This document shows positions 53,168 to 62,827 of a DNA stretch of 64,000 bases, one piece after another. Under the pieces are notes generated by a model that saw only the letters and a program-made list of their open reading frames with translations, was not told the DNA's origin and did no database searches. The number at the start of each line of letters is the position of its first letter. Position 1 is the stretch's first letter. This DNA comes from Longimicrobiales bacterium (GTDB lineage Bacteria > Gemmatimonadota > Gemmatimonadetes > Longimicrobiales > Gaopeijiaceae): positions 904,191 to 968,190 of the forward strand of contig OZ242008.1 in the NCBI GenBank assembly GCA_965204735.1. The letters run 5' to 3'. The position numbers and the translations under genes are program-made.

Positions 53168-53295
53168 GGTTCCTCCTTGTCGGCCGGTCCAAGTTCCGGA
53201 AGCGTCATAATTGCGGCAACCAAGGCGATCCGACAAGATGCACCGCTGGGCCGGCCCCCGCCCTCGCCACTCTCTCGCACGAAAACGGCAGCGCC

Positions 53296-54102
53296 ATGCA
53301 CTCCTCTTGCCGCCCAGTCCCCGCCGTCCTCCTTCTGGTGTCGGTGGCCGCTCCCCTGCCGGGGTGTTCGGGCAATGGGGCCTCGACCGGCTCCCAGGCC
53401 TCCCAAGCGCCCCTCGTCCGGATGCTTTCCGACGGCAGCGCCGTGTTCGGGATCTTCCCCGGCGACGCGACGCCCGCGGACGGCGCCGAGCGGGGCCGCA
53501 ACCGGGAGGTGGACTTCGTCTTCTACTCGCTGGAGTCGGGGCCCTTCGACATCGAGGCGATGGCGGCCTTCCGGGCCGGGGTCGCCGAGGGCGCCGCGCC
53601 GGCGCCGCCGCATCCGCTCGTGCTCCGCGTGCCGCCGGTTCGGGACGGGGTGGAGCAGGCACGGGCGAACGTGGCCGTGGCGGTGGCGGCGGGAGTGGCC
53701 GGGGTCGTGTTCCCTCACGTGGAGTCGAGGGACGATGCGGCGGCCGCGGTGTCGTCGATGGGCGAGGGATCATGGCCGGGCAACCCCGGCGGGTCGCTGG
53801 CGACCATGCTGATCGTCGAGGACAGGGCCGGCGTCGAGCGGGTGGACGAGATCGTCGCCACCCCTGGCGTGAGCGTCGTCTTCGCCGGGCCGGGCGATCT
53901 TCGCCGAGCGTACGAAGGGGACATGGCCGCCGTCGAGGAGGCGATCCAGGCAGTGCTGGCGGCGTGCATGGCCCACGGCGTTCCGTGCGGGATCACCGCC
54001 GGGCCCGGCGACGTCGGCCGCCGGATCGAAGAGGGCTTCCGCGTCTTCATCGTGAGCGACCCTGTCGCCGTGACCGTCGGACGGGCGGCCGCGGGGCGAT
54101 AG
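53296..54102 (+). CDS. HpcH/HpaI aldolase/citrate-lyase-family protein with apparent lipoprotein signal
   Basis: It has 'VVFPHVESRDDAAAAV' and 'MLIVEDRAGVERVDEIVATPGVSVVFAGPGDL'. The N-terminus 'LLLVSVAAPLPGCSG' looks like a lipobox, which is unusual for this family, so the start may be mis-set. Confidence 0.6.
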   Translation: MHSSCRPVPAVLLLVSVAAPLPGCSGNGASTGSQASQAPLVRMLSDGSAVFGIFPGDATPADGAERGRNREVDFVFYSLESGPFDIEAMAAFRAGVAEGAAPAPPHPLVLRVPPVRDGVEQARANVAVAVAAGVAGVVFPHVESRDDAAAAVSSMGEGSWPGNPGGSLATMLIVEDRAGVERVDEIVATPGVSVVFAGPGDLRRAYEGDMAAVEEAIQAVLAACMAHGVPCGITAGPGDVGRRIEEGFRVFIVSDPVAVTVGRAAAGR

Positions 54103-54203
54103 CCCGAAGGGGGAGCCGGGCTTAGGCTGGACTTGGGCCGGAGGCGAATGCGCCGGCCCGCGCGCCTCTCCGCGCACGCACGCCCCAACGCCGGACCGAG
54201 CCA

Positions 54204-57029
54204 ATGGAAGTCCACCGCACACGTTCCCACGTCTCCCTGGCCGGCCGCGTCCGCCGGACCCTTCCACCGGGTTCCGTCCTTCTGGCGTGCGCCGCCCACG
54301 CCGTCGCCGCCGGGCCTGCGGCCGCCCATCTCGTCGCCGCCCATGTCGCCGCCGGGCCTGCGGCCGCGCATCTCGTCGCCGCCGACGCTGCCGTTCCATC
54401 CCGTCTCGGCACTGCCCAAGCCGTCGCGGTCCAGCCCCAAGCCGTCGCGGTCCAACGCCAAGCCGCCCAATCGACCATTCCCTCGCCCGCCGAGTTCTTC
54501 GGCCACGAGATGGGGGCGGACCGGAAGCTGGCCCGCTGGGACAAGCTTGTGGAGTACTACGAGCTCATCGCGGAGCGCAGCGACCGGGTTCAGGTCGTGC
54601 ACATGGGACCGTCCACCCTGGGCGAGCCCTTCCTGTCGATCTTCGTGTCGTCGCCGGAGAACCTGGAGCGGCTTGCAGAGATCAAGCGCATGAACGCGGT
54701 CCTTCAGGATCCCAGGGGACGCTCCCCGTCCGAGGTCGACGCGGCCGTGCGCGACGGCAAAGTGGTGTTCGTGCAGTCGTACGCGCTCCACTCCACGGAA
54801 GTGGCGGCAAGCCAGTCGGCGGCGGAGATCACCTACCTCTTCGCCACCCGCGACGACCCGGAGATCCGCCAGATACTCGACAACACCCTGTCGATCCTCA
54901 TCCCCGCCTTCAACCCCGACGGCATCGGCATCGTCGCCGAATGGTACGACCGCTGGGTGGGGACCGAGTACGAAGGAGCGAGTCTCCCGGAGCTCTACCA
55001 CCACTACATCGGCCACGACAACAACCGGGACGCCTTCATGCAGAACACTGTCGAGTCTCGCTACGGCGCCGAGATCCTCTTCCGGGAGTGGGTTCCGCAG
55101 GCGTACATCGACCATCACCAGATGGGAGCGTACACGGCGCGCATCTACCTTCCGCCCTACGCCGAGCCGATCCGGCCCGAGGGCGACCCGCTGGTGTGGC
55201 GCGAGATGTCGTGGTACGGCGCCCACATGGCGTACCGCATGGAGGAAGCCGGCTTCGAGGGCACGGTGAACGCCGCCATCTACTCGGGCTGGGGGCACTT
55301 CGGATTCCACTGGATTACGCCGTTTCACAACATTGCCGGAATGCTCACCGAGTCCGCCAGCGCCCGCTTGGCCACGCCGTTGTACGTGCACCCGGACCAG
55401 CTCCGGGGCTCGCGCCAGCTCCCCGAGTACGAGGCGCAGACGACCTTCCCCAACCCGTGGCGCGGAGGGTGGTGGCGAGTGCGCGACATTGTGGAGCGCC
55501 AGATCGTGGCCACGTTCTCGCCTCTGGAGATCGCCGCCAAGAACCGGGAAACCGTGCTTCGCAACGCGTACAACAAGGCGAGCCGCCAGATTCGGCGCGG
55601 GACGGAGGGCGACGTCAAGGCGTATGTGATCCCCGCCACTCAGCACGACCCCCTCACCATGAGGAAGATGGTGAACAAGTTGCTGCTGCAAGGCGTCGCC
55701 GTGGCGCGCGCGCCCTCCGAGTTCGTCCACGAGGGGCGGGTGTACGGCCCAGGCAGCTACGTCGTGTCCCTGGCGCAGCCGAAGCGCGGAGTGATCCGCT
55801 GGCTGCTCGGGCGCACCTTCTACCCGGACAACAGCTACACGCGCACGGCCGCCGGCGATCCGATCCGCCCCTACGACATGTCCGGCGACGTGATCGCCGA
55901 GTTCATGGGCGTTCGCGTGGACCCGGCGCACACGCCCGTGGAGGCGCCGCTGTCGGCCGTGGACGGGCCTGCGACTCCTGCCGGCGAGGTGTCCGCCGGC
56001 GCGGGCGGGTACACCTTGGACGGCGCACTCAACGACGCCTTCAAGGCGGTGAACATGCTCTTCGACGCGGGGGTGGAGGTGCGCCGGGCGAGCCACCGCG
56101 ACGCGGCAGGCGGCAGCGGCCCTGTCGAAGGTCGGGCCGGTCGCGAGGGGATGGTCGCAGGCGACTTCGTCGTCGGTTCCGACGCGCCGGAGCCTCTCCT
56201 TCGCCAAATCGCCGAGGCCACGGGCGTGGACTTCACCCCGTGGGACGGTGCCTCCGACGACCCGCCCGTCCATTCCATTGCCCGGCAGCGCATCGGCATG
56301 TACAAGCGCTACTACGGCGGCAACATGGACGAGGGGTGGACCCGCTGGCTGCTGGAGGAGTTCGGCTTTTCCTACGCGAGCCTGCTCGACGACGAGATCG
56401 TGGCGGGCGACCTCCACGATCGCTGGGACGTGATCGTCCTTCCCGCGGACAGCAAGGAGATGATGCTCGGCCCCACCGACGGGAGCGGGGGCGGCCGAGG
56501 CCCCGACCCGAGCGGCACGCCGCCCGACTACCGCAGCGGCTTCGGCCAAGCCGGGGCGGAAGCGCTGGAAGCCTTCGTCGAGAACGGAGGAACGCTGGTC
56601 ACCTTCGCCCAGGCCGGCCAACTCGTGCTCGACGAGTTCGACGTGCCCGTCCGCAACGCCGTCGCGGGGATGTGGGGAAACGAGTTCTGGGCGCCGGGCT
56701 CCACGCTTCGCGCAAGGGTGGACACGTCCAGCCCCTTCGCCTACGGGATGCCGGAAGACGCCCTGGCGACCTACTTGGCGGGCGGCCAGGTCTACGAGAC
56801 GGTTCCGGGGGCGCGAAGCGCCGACGTCCGACGCATCGTTACCTACGTGGACCGCGACATCCTCCAGAGCGGGTGGCTCCTCGGGGAAGACGCAATAGCC
56901 GGAAAGGCCGCCATGGTGTCGGTCGCCCACGGCGAGGGCACGATCGTCATGATCGGATTCCGCGCCCAGCACCGCGCCCAGACCCACGGCACCTTCAAGC
57001 TCTTCTTCAACGCGCTTGTGGGGCGCTGA
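54204..57029 (+). CDS. M14-family metallocarboxypeptidase-like protein with C-terminal GATase1-like region
   Basis: It has 'SIFVSSPENL', 'IPAFNPDGIGIVAEWYDRW' and 'YHHYIGHDNNRD'. The N-terminus contains tandem duplications ('VAAGPAAAHLVAAH' x2 and 'AQAVAVQ' x2). The start is uncertain. Confidence 0.7.
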   Translation: MEVHRTRSHVSLAGRVRRTLPPGSVLLACAAHAVAAGPAAAHLVAAHVAAGPAAAHLVAADAAVPSRLGTAQAVAVQPQAVAVQRQAAQSTIPSPAEFFGHEMGADRKLARWDKLVEYYELIAERSDRVQVVHMGPSTLGEPFLSIFVSSPENLERLAEIKRMNAVLQDPRGRSPSEVDAAVRDGKVVFVQSYALHSTEVAASQSAAEITYLFATRDDPEIRQILDNTLSILIPAFNPDGIGIVAEWYDRWVGTEYEGASLPELYHHYIGHDNNRDAFMQNTVESRYGAEILFREWVPQAYIDHHQMGAYTARIYLPPYAEPIRPEGDPLVWREMSWYGAHMAYRMEEAGFEGTVNAAIYSGWGHFGFHWITPFHNIAGMLTESASARLATPLYVHPDQLRGSRQLPEYEAQTTFPNPWRGGWWRVRDIVERQIVATFSPLEIAAKNRETVLRNAYNKASRQIRRGTEGDVKAYVIPATQHDPLTMRKMVNKLLLQGVAVARAPSEFVHEGRVYGPGSYVVSLAQPKRGVIRWLLGRTFYPDNSYTRTAAGDPIRPYDMSGDVIAEFMGVRVDPAHTPVEAPLSAVDGPATPAGEVSAGAGGYTLDGALNDAFKAVNMLFDAGVEVRRASHRDAAGGSGPVEGRAGREGMVAGDFVVGSDAPEPLLRQIAEATGVDFTPWDGASDDPPVHSIARQRIGMYKRYYGGNMDEGWTRWLLEEFGFSYASLLDDEIVAGDLHDRWDVIVLPADSKEMMLGPTDGSGGGRGPDPSGTPPDYRSGFGQAGAEALEAFVENGGTLVTFAQAGQLVLDEFDVPVRNAVAGMWGNEFWAPGSTLRARVDTSSPFAYGMPEDALATYLAGGQVYETVPGARSADVRRIVTYVDRDILQSGWLLGEDAIAGKAAMVSVAHGEGTIVMIGFRAQHRAQTHGTFKLFFNALVGR

Positions 57030-57043
57030 AGAACCGGCTCCGC

Positions 57044-58213
57044 ATGCCCAAGGTCAGCCCGGAAGTGCTTCGGTGGGCCAGGACGACCGCCGGATTCCGA
57101 CTCGACGAAGCCGCCCGCCGACTTGGGCTCGCTGAAGCACGGGGAATCGAGCCCGTGGACCGCTTGCACGCGCTGGAGGTCGGGGACGACGTTCCCACCC
57201 GCGCGATGCTGTCGAAGATGGCCCGCCAGTATCGTAGACCGCTGGCAGCGCTCTACCTGCCGAAGCCCCCACCAAAGGGAAGACGGGCTCACGATCTCCG
57301 ATCCCCCGCAACTAATCGCTCTACTGCCGACGACGCGAGGCTGGACGCGCTGATCCGCGACGCCAAGACCCGACAAGCGCTGCTCAAGTCGGCAATGCTT
57401 GACGTGGACGAAGCCAAGGCCTTGCCCTTCGTGGGCTCCGTGCACATGGACGACGGAGCGTCCGCCGTCTTGGCGTCGATTCGACAGACGTTGCGCATGC
57501 CACTTGACGAATACCGACAAGCCTCCAGTATCGACGAGGCGTTTCGCAGGCTCCGCGGCCGGGTAGAAGCCGCAGGCATATTCGTGGTTCTGCTTGGAGA
57601 CCTCGGCAGCCACCACACTCGCTTCGAGGCCGATCTCTTCCGCGGATTATGTTTGGCTGATCACATGTTGCCGTTTGTGGTGCTCAATCCAAACGACCAC
57701 CGTAGTGCTTGGCCTCTGACGCTGTTGCACGAGCTGGCGCACCTGTGGCTTGGACAAACCGGCGTGAGCGGCGGCCTGCCGGAACGATCGGTAGAGAAGT
57801 TCTGCAACAGAGTCGCTTCCGAGTACTTGCTGCCCTCGGAGGAACTGTCCGCTTCGGACTTGCCCGTGCAGGGAAGTTCTTGCGACTTGACGGATTCTGT
57901 TGCAGAATACGCCCGGGATCGACACGTGAGTGGATCCATGGTAGCCTATCGCTTGCACTTGCAAGGTGCTTTGGACCGGGAGACTTGGCTCAAGCTGGCC
58001 CGCCACTATGCGAAGGCTTGGCGCAGAGGTGATGAACAAGCACGCCAACGGGAGACAGCTGTCAATTACTACGTGGTTCGCAAGCATCGCTTAGGCACTA
58101 GGCTTGTCGAGACGACAAGCCGTCTGCTGGCCGCCGAAGCACTGACGACGACCAAGGCGGCTCGTATCCTCGGCACGAGCCCCAAGGTCGCGCACAGAGT
58201 CTGCGACCACTGA
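57044..58213 (+). CDS. XRE-type HTH + ImmA/IrrE (DUF955) zinc metallopeptidase domain protein
   Basis: The N-terminal HTH-like region reads 'LRWARTTAGFRLDEAARRLGL'. The HExxH motif is 'LLHELAHLWLGQ', and 'FCNRVASEYLLPSEEL' follows it. Only the last part of ORF 54287..58213 is real. Confidence 0.75.
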   Translation: MPKVSPEVLRWARTTAGFRLDEAARRLGLAEARGIEPVDRLHALEVGDDVPTRAMLSKMARQYRRPLAALYLPKPPPKGRRAHDLRSPATNRSTADDARLDALIRDAKTRQALLKSAMLDVDEAKALPFVGSVHMDDGASAVLASIRQTLRMPLDEYRQASSIDEAFRRLRGRVEAAGIFVVLLGDLGSHHTRFEADLFRGLCLADHMLPFVVLNPNDHRSAWPLTLLHELAHLWLGQTGVSGGLPERSVEKFCNRVASEYLLPSEELSASDLPVQGSSCDLTDSVAEYARDRHVSGSMVAYRLHLQGALDRETWLKLARHYAKAWRRGDEQARQRETAVNYYVVRKHRLGTRLVETTSRLLAAEALTTTKAARILGTSPKVAHRVCDH

Positions 58214-58221
58214 GTGTTGTT

Positions 58222-58400
58222 GTGCGTTAGCTGCTCGATGCGAATGTCTTGATTGATGCCAATCGGGACTACTACCCGATGAATCGGGTGCCCGAATTCT
58301 GGGAAGTGGCTTGCGCACCAGGGTCGGAAAGGAGTCATCAAGATACCCTGCGCTGCATCGGCAACTACAGCGTCGGCGGCCTCCGCTGGTGCCAGTCGCT
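58222..58400 (+). pseudogene. Decayed DUF4411 (PIN-like) gene fragment
   Basis: The frame reads GTG-CGT-TAG then 'LLDANVLIDANRDYYPMNRVPEFWEVA'. This matches the DUF4411 N-terminus (M.YLLDANVLI.A...YY....P.FW.WL) with a stop where Tyr is expected. Similarity then degrades (a +1 shift gives 'LAHQGRKGVIKIP'), and the region runs into the convergent amidase gene. Confidence 0.5.
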
Positions 58401-60110
58401 GCTCTGCTGGAAGGCGTGGGCAACGCTGAGCAGCTTGTCGTCCGCGAAGAGGGCGCCGATCAGCGTGGTCGTCAGGGGCATTTCGGTCGGATTGTCCGCG
58501 TCGGGGTTGCGTACGCCGAAGTCGTAGGGGACGACGACTGCCGGATGACCGGTTTGGTTGGTCAGGCCCACGAGACCGGAGCCGCTGACGAACATGTCGA
58601 AGTCGTCCATGACCTCGGCCATGCGCTTCATGACGACCAAGCGCCGGCGCTGCGACTGGACGAACTCCAACGCGCCCACCTGGCGACCGCCGCGGAACCG
58701 GCCGCGGCGACGACGCTGCGCCTCGTCCAGGTCGTCGGGGAGGGGCTCGGGCTCGCCGTTCCTTGCGACATGGAAGTCGAATGCGGCGGCGGACTCGACG
58801 CTGAGCGCGTTGGAGCGGCCGTCGGGGAGTTCGGGCATGGGGCGCAGCTCGGCGCCGAGAGCCCGCAGCTGCTCCAGGAACGACTCCGGGGCGTCCTCGG
58901 TCCAGCCGATGCGCAGTGCCGCGAACTCCGGCGCCGGGTCGAAGCGGAACGGGGTCGTCAAGGACCCGGGGTCCTTCTCGTCGGCCCCGTGGATCGCGTT
59001 GAAGACGAGAGCGCAGTCGAGCGCGCTTCGGCACATCGGTCCCGTCTTGTCCATGCTCCACGAGAGCACCATGCCGCCGTACCGGCTGACCCGACCAAAG
59101 GTGGGTCGCAGAGCCGTCAACCCGCACCGGCGGGAGGGCGACACAATGGACCCCTGGGTCTCCGTGCCGATGGCGAAGGCGACGCAGCCCGCCGCCGTCG
59201 CGGAGCCGGGACCTGCCGAGGAGCCGCTGGAGCCCTCGTCGAGGTTCCACGGATTCAAGGTCCGTCCGCGGTACCAGCGGTCGCCCCGAGCGAACTCCCC
59301 GGTCGCCAGCTTGGCCGCCAGCACGGCGCCGGCGTTCCGCAGCCGGCGGGCGACCTCCGAGTCCTCGCGAGTGAACCGGGTCCGAAAGTCGGCGGCGCCC
59401 CACGTGGTGCGGGTGCCGGACGCGGCGAAGAGGTCCTTCAGGCCGTAGGGAATGCCGTGGAGCGGGCCGCGCCACCTGCCCTCGCGGCTCTCGGCGTCGG
59501 CTTGGCGGGCTTCCTCCTGGGCCCGGCCTTCGAGAATGGTCACTGCGCAGAGGAGGATCGGGTCCAGGCGCTTGAGGCGGTCCAGGTACACGCTGGTCAG
59601 CTCCTCCGACGTGACCACTCGCTCCCGGATCAGGGCCGCCTGGCGGTGCACCGGAAGGAACGCCAACTCCCGCTCGGTGGAGGGAGCCGGCCCCGTCCAT
59701 GGTTCGATGGGCACTTCGGTCCGCTCGAAGGGGTTGCCGCCGGCCTCCTGCCAAAGCTTCTCCAAGAGGGCGCCGGTGCCCCCCGGGTACGCCTGGAAGT
59801 GCAGGGCAGGGGGTTCGCCGTTGCCCAGCTGCACGAGCGGCGCCTCTTGGGGGTGCGGGACGGACGCGAACCCCGCATCGGTGGTCGCGGGCCGGTCTCG
59901 TTCGATCGAGATGGCAGGCGAACCCGGGGTCCCCAGCGCGTCCGAGGCCAGAGCGCCCGTCGTCGCCGCCGCGGCAACCTTCAAGAATCCGCGACGCTCG
60001 ACTGTAGGTGCCTCTCGGGGCGGGGGCGGGCGGTCGCGGTCGCGATCTGCGCGACGGCCGGGGTTTCCGATGCCCTGCCGTCCGTTGGAGTCGTTGCGGC
60101 CCACGCTCAT
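58365..60110 (-). CDS. Amidase-signature family amidase with Tat signal
   Basis: It has 'ERRGFLKVAAAATTGALAS', 'GIPYGLKDLF' and 'EGSSGSSAGPGSATAAG' (GSS signature). Confidence 0.8.
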   Translation of the reverse strand: MSVGRNDSNGRQGIGNPGRRADRDRDRPPPPREAPTVERRGFLKVAAAATTGALASDALGTPGSPAISIERDRPATTDAGFASVPHPQEAPLVQLGNGEPPALHFQAYPGGTGALLEKLWQEAGGNPFERTEVPIEPWTGPAPSTERELAFLPVHRQAALIRERVVTSEELTSVYLDRLKRLDPILLCAVTILEGRAQEEARQADAESREGRWRGPLHGIPYGLKDLFAASGTRTTWGAADFRTRFTREDSEVARRLRNAGAVLAAKLATGEFARGDRWYRGRTLNPWNLDEGSSGSSAGPGSATAAGCVAFAIGTETQGSIVSPSRRCGLTALRPTFGRVSRYGGMVLSWSMDKTGPMCRSALDCALVFNAIHGADEKDPGSLTTPFRFDPAPEFAALRIGWTEDAPESFLEQLRALGAELRPMPELPDGRSNALSVESAAAFDFHVARNGEPEPLPDDLDEAQRRRRGRFRGGRQVGALEFVQSQRRRLVVMKRMAEVMDDFDMFVSGSGLVGLTNQTGHPAVVVPYDFGVRNPDADNPTEMPLTTTLIGALFADDKLLSVAHAFQQSSDWHQRRPPTL

Positions 60111-60123
60111 CCTCTCCCGGCTT

Positions 60124-60402
60124 CTATCCGCCCGAGACGGCTTGCATGAACAGCACCGTGTCGCCCTCGGCCACCGGCCCGTCCCATCCGTCCATCCATC
60201 GGGTGTTCACGCCGTTGTGGAAGCACAGCACGTGCTCCCGGAACCGCCCCGACTCGTCGAAGAGGTGGGGCTTGAGGCGTGGTTCCCGGCGAACCAAGTC
60301 GCCGAAGACGTCCCGAAGCGTGTCGCCCGAAGCCGACATCTCCCGAACGCCGCCGGTGACGGGCTCGAGCAGCGAGGGCAGGGCAATGGTCACCGAGGCC
60401 AT
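60124..60402 (-). CDS. MoaD/ThiS-family ubiquitin-like sulfur-carrier protein
   Basis: This is a 92-aa protein ending in 'AVSGG'. Its ATG overlaps the upstream stop as ATGA at 60399-60402. Confidence 0.7.
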   Translation of the reverse strand: MASVTIALPSLLEPVTGGVREMSASGDTLRDVFGDLVRREPRLKPHLFDESGRFREHVLCFHNGVNTRWMDGWDGPVAEGDTVLFMQAVSGG

Positions 60403-61490
60403 CACCCGCTCCACGCCGACACGTGGAGGATTCGCGGCAAGTGGACGGGCAGGTTGATCCAGCTTTCCCCCAAGTCGGCGCTGGCGTGCACGGTGCCGGC
60501 CGTGGTGCCCATGTAGACGCCGTCCGGGTCCACGTTGTCGACGCACATGGCGCCCCGCAGGACCGTGCCCCAGGCATGGGCCGACGGCAGCCCGGCGGAC
60601 GCGGAGTGCCAGCTGTCGCCCCGGTCGGTGCTGCGGAATACCTGAAGGGCGCCGCCGGCGGGCACCCGGTGCTCGTCGCTCTCTTGGGGCACGGCGAAGA
60701 GCGCTCGGCCTCCGGCGTCGACGACGAGGGGAAAGCCGAACGCGGAAGGCAGGCCGTCTTCGTTGCGCTCCCAGAACTCCCCCCCGTCGGCGCTCCGATA
60801 CATGCCCGAGTGGTCCTGCCGGTAGAGGCGGTTCGGGTCGGCGGGATCCTGGGCCAAGCCGTGCACGCAGCTGCCGATCTCCTTGTGCTCCTTGTCTTCC
60901 AGAACCGTCGACACGCCCCGGTTCTTGGGAATCCACGCGGCGCCGCCGTCGTCGGTGCGGAAGACGCCGACTGCCGAGATGCCGCACCACATCCGTTTCG
61001 GGTCGTCCTCGCTGAAGAGGAGGGCGTGGCAGCAGAGGCCGCCGGCGCCGGGCATCCATCCGCCGCGGGTCTCGTGGTCGTTCAGCCCGGGCACGGGCGC
61101 CCACTTCCGCCCGCCGTTGGCGCTGGCGAAGAGGCCCGCGTCCTGCACTCCGGCGTAGAGGACGCCCCGGTTCTCCTTCAGGGTCCACACCTGCCGGAGC
61201 CGTCGGTCGCCCCCGTCGGCGTACGCCGGTCCCTCGGCAACCTGCTCCCACTGATCCGGGCCCGGAACCGCGCCTCCCACCGTCGCCGCGCGCCCGTCCC
61301 GAGTCGAGTACAGCGCCGGCCCGTAGATGTCGCTGGCGACTGCGGCCATGAAGCGCCCGTCGCTCAGCCGAACTCCCGCCGTGACCTTCCATCCCTTGAA
61401 GAACGGCCCCGTCACGTCCCACTCGCGCCGGTCCCGGCTCGTGAGCCAGAACCCGCCTTTCGCAGTCCCCACCAAGAGTCGCGCGCTCAT
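60402..61490 (-). CDS. BNR/Asp-box beta-propeller (sialidase-fold) protein
   Basis: It has the Asp-boxes 'RTDDGGAAW', 'RSADGGEFW', 'RSTDRGDSW' and 'SADLGESW'. Confidence 0.7.
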   Translation of the reverse strand: MSARLLVGTAKGGFWLTSRDRREWDVTGPFFKGWKVTAGVRLSDGRFMAAVASDIYGPALYSTRDGRAATVGGAVPGPDQWEQVAEGPAYADGGDRRLRQVWTLKENRGVLYAGVQDAGLFASANGGRKWAPVPGLNDHETRGGWMPGAGGLCCHALLFSEDDPKRMWCGISAVGVFRTDDGGAAWIPKNRGVSTVLEDKEHKEIGSCVHGLAQDPADPNRLYRQDHSGMYRSADGGEFWERNEDGLPSAFGFPLVVDAGGRALFAVPQESDEHRVPAGGALQVFRSTDRGDSWHSASAGLPSAHAWGTVLRGAMCVDNVDPDGVYMGTTAGTVHASADLGESWINLPVHLPRILHVSAWSG

Positions 61491-61566
61491 CCCTGTCCCC
61501 CTGTGCCATTCCTTCCGCCCCGAGCGGCGGTCGGGAGAGAAGATACGACCAAGCCGTCCGTCGCGG

Positions 61567-62748
61567 CTATTGCGAGGCCCGCGCCATCACGTCCTCGACG
61601 ACGGCGCAGGCGAACGCCCGCTGCTCGGCCGTGATCGTGGGGTGGACTGGGAACGTCAAGCACGTCTCGCTCACTTGCTTGGCGTTGGGCAAGCGCCGAC
61701 CGGGCCGCCACCCCGTCCCGTCGAAGGCGGCTTCGCGGTAGATCTCGGGGCAGATGTCCTTGTAGGAGCAAGGAACCCCCGCGGAGCTGATCTCGGCGAC
61801 CACCCGGTTCCGGTTCCAGCCGGCCGCCAACCGCTCGGGCCGCACGAAGGCGTGCCAGCGGTAGTACGCGTGGCGGACGTGCTTGGGAACCGCCGGAACC
61901 CGCATGGCGTCGAACTGCCTGCAAGCGCTTGCCAGCGCGTCGGCGTTGCGCGTGCGCGCAACGGACCACTCGGCCATGCGGCGCAGCTGGAGCCGCCCCA
62001 GGGCCGACTGCATCTCCGTCAGTCGCCAGTTGGTGCCGAAGGAGTCGTGAACCCAGCGGAAGCCCGGCGGATGCGGCCGGTCGAAGACCGCCTCCCACGA
62101 CTTGCCATGGTCCTTGTACGACCAAGCCGCGTCCCAGAGGCTCCGATCGCTGGTGGTGACCATCCCGCCTTCGCCGCCCGTCGTCATGATCTTGTCCTGG
62201 CAGAACGACCACGCGGCGACGTCGCCGATCCCGCCCACGCTCCGCCCGCGGTAGCGCGCGCCGTGAGCCTGGGCGCAGTCCTCCACCACGACGGCCCCCC
62301 GATCCCGCGCCAGCTTCGCGATGGGGTCCATCTCGCACGGCCAGCCGGCCAAGTGGACGCACACGACCGCGCGGGTTCGGGACGTCCAGGCCGCCTCCAC
62401 GGAACCGGGGGTGAAGTTCTGGGAATCGAGGTCGATGTCGGCGAACACCGGCCGCGCTCCCACGTTCACGATGCAGCTTGCGGACGCGATGAAGGACCGG
62501 GGCGTGACGATCACGTCGTCGCCCTCTCCGACGCCCGCGACGCGCAGGGCCAACTCGAGGGCCACGGTGCCGTTCGCCACGGCAACGGCGTGGTCGGCGC
62601 CCGCGAACGCCGCGAACTCCTTCTCGAAGGCCCGGCCTTCCTCTCCGGTCCAGTAGTTCACGCGGTTGGACCGCAGGACCCGGGCGGCGGCCCGAACCTC
62701 TTCCTCGCCGTAGCAGGGCCAGGGTGCGAAGGTCGGCTGCGCAATCAC
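61567..62748 (-). CDS. DegT/DnrJ/EryC1/StrS-family PLP-dependent aminotransferase
   Basis: It has 'NYWTGEEGRAFEKEFAAFAGADHAVAVANGTVALELAL', 'VIVTPRSFIASA' and 'SFCQDKIMTTGEGG'. The start was set at GTG 62748 to avoid overlapping the divergent DCC gene. ATG 62910 is an alternative. Confidence 0.8.
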   Translation of the reverse strand: MIAQPTFAPWPCYGEEEVRAAARVLRSNRVNYWTGEEGRAFEKEFAAFAGADHAVAVANGTVALELALRVAGVGEGDDVIVTPRSFIASASCIVNVGARPVFADIDLDSQNFTPGSVEAAWTSRTRAVVCVHLAGWPCEMDPIAKLARDRGAVVVEDCAQAHGARYRGRSVGGIGDVAAWSFCQDKIMTTGGEGGMVTTSDRSLWDAAWSYKDHGKSWEAVFDRPHPPGFRWVHDSFGTNWRLTEMQSALGRLQLRRMAEWSVARTRNADALASACRQFDAMRVPAVPKHVRHAYYRWHAFVRPERLAAGWNRNRVVAEISSAGVPCSYKDICPEIYREAAFDGTGWRPGRRLPNAKQVSETCLTFPVHPTITAEQRAFACAVVEDVMARASQ

Positions 62749-62827
62749 GTCGTGTCGTCTGTCATGGTTGGCTCCGGCCGGGCCGACGGAGGTGGCCCGC
62801 GGGGATGGTCTGGACCAAGTTGGCGAA

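Noticed and set aside
54287-58213. A 1308-aa plus-strand ORF covering the M14 peptidase region and the ImmA/IrrE gene.
   Set aside because: Upstream of 57044 it is an alternate frame of the M14 gene and gives an Arg/Pro/Gly-rich translation. Only the segment 57044..58213 has genuine HTH and HExxH motifs.
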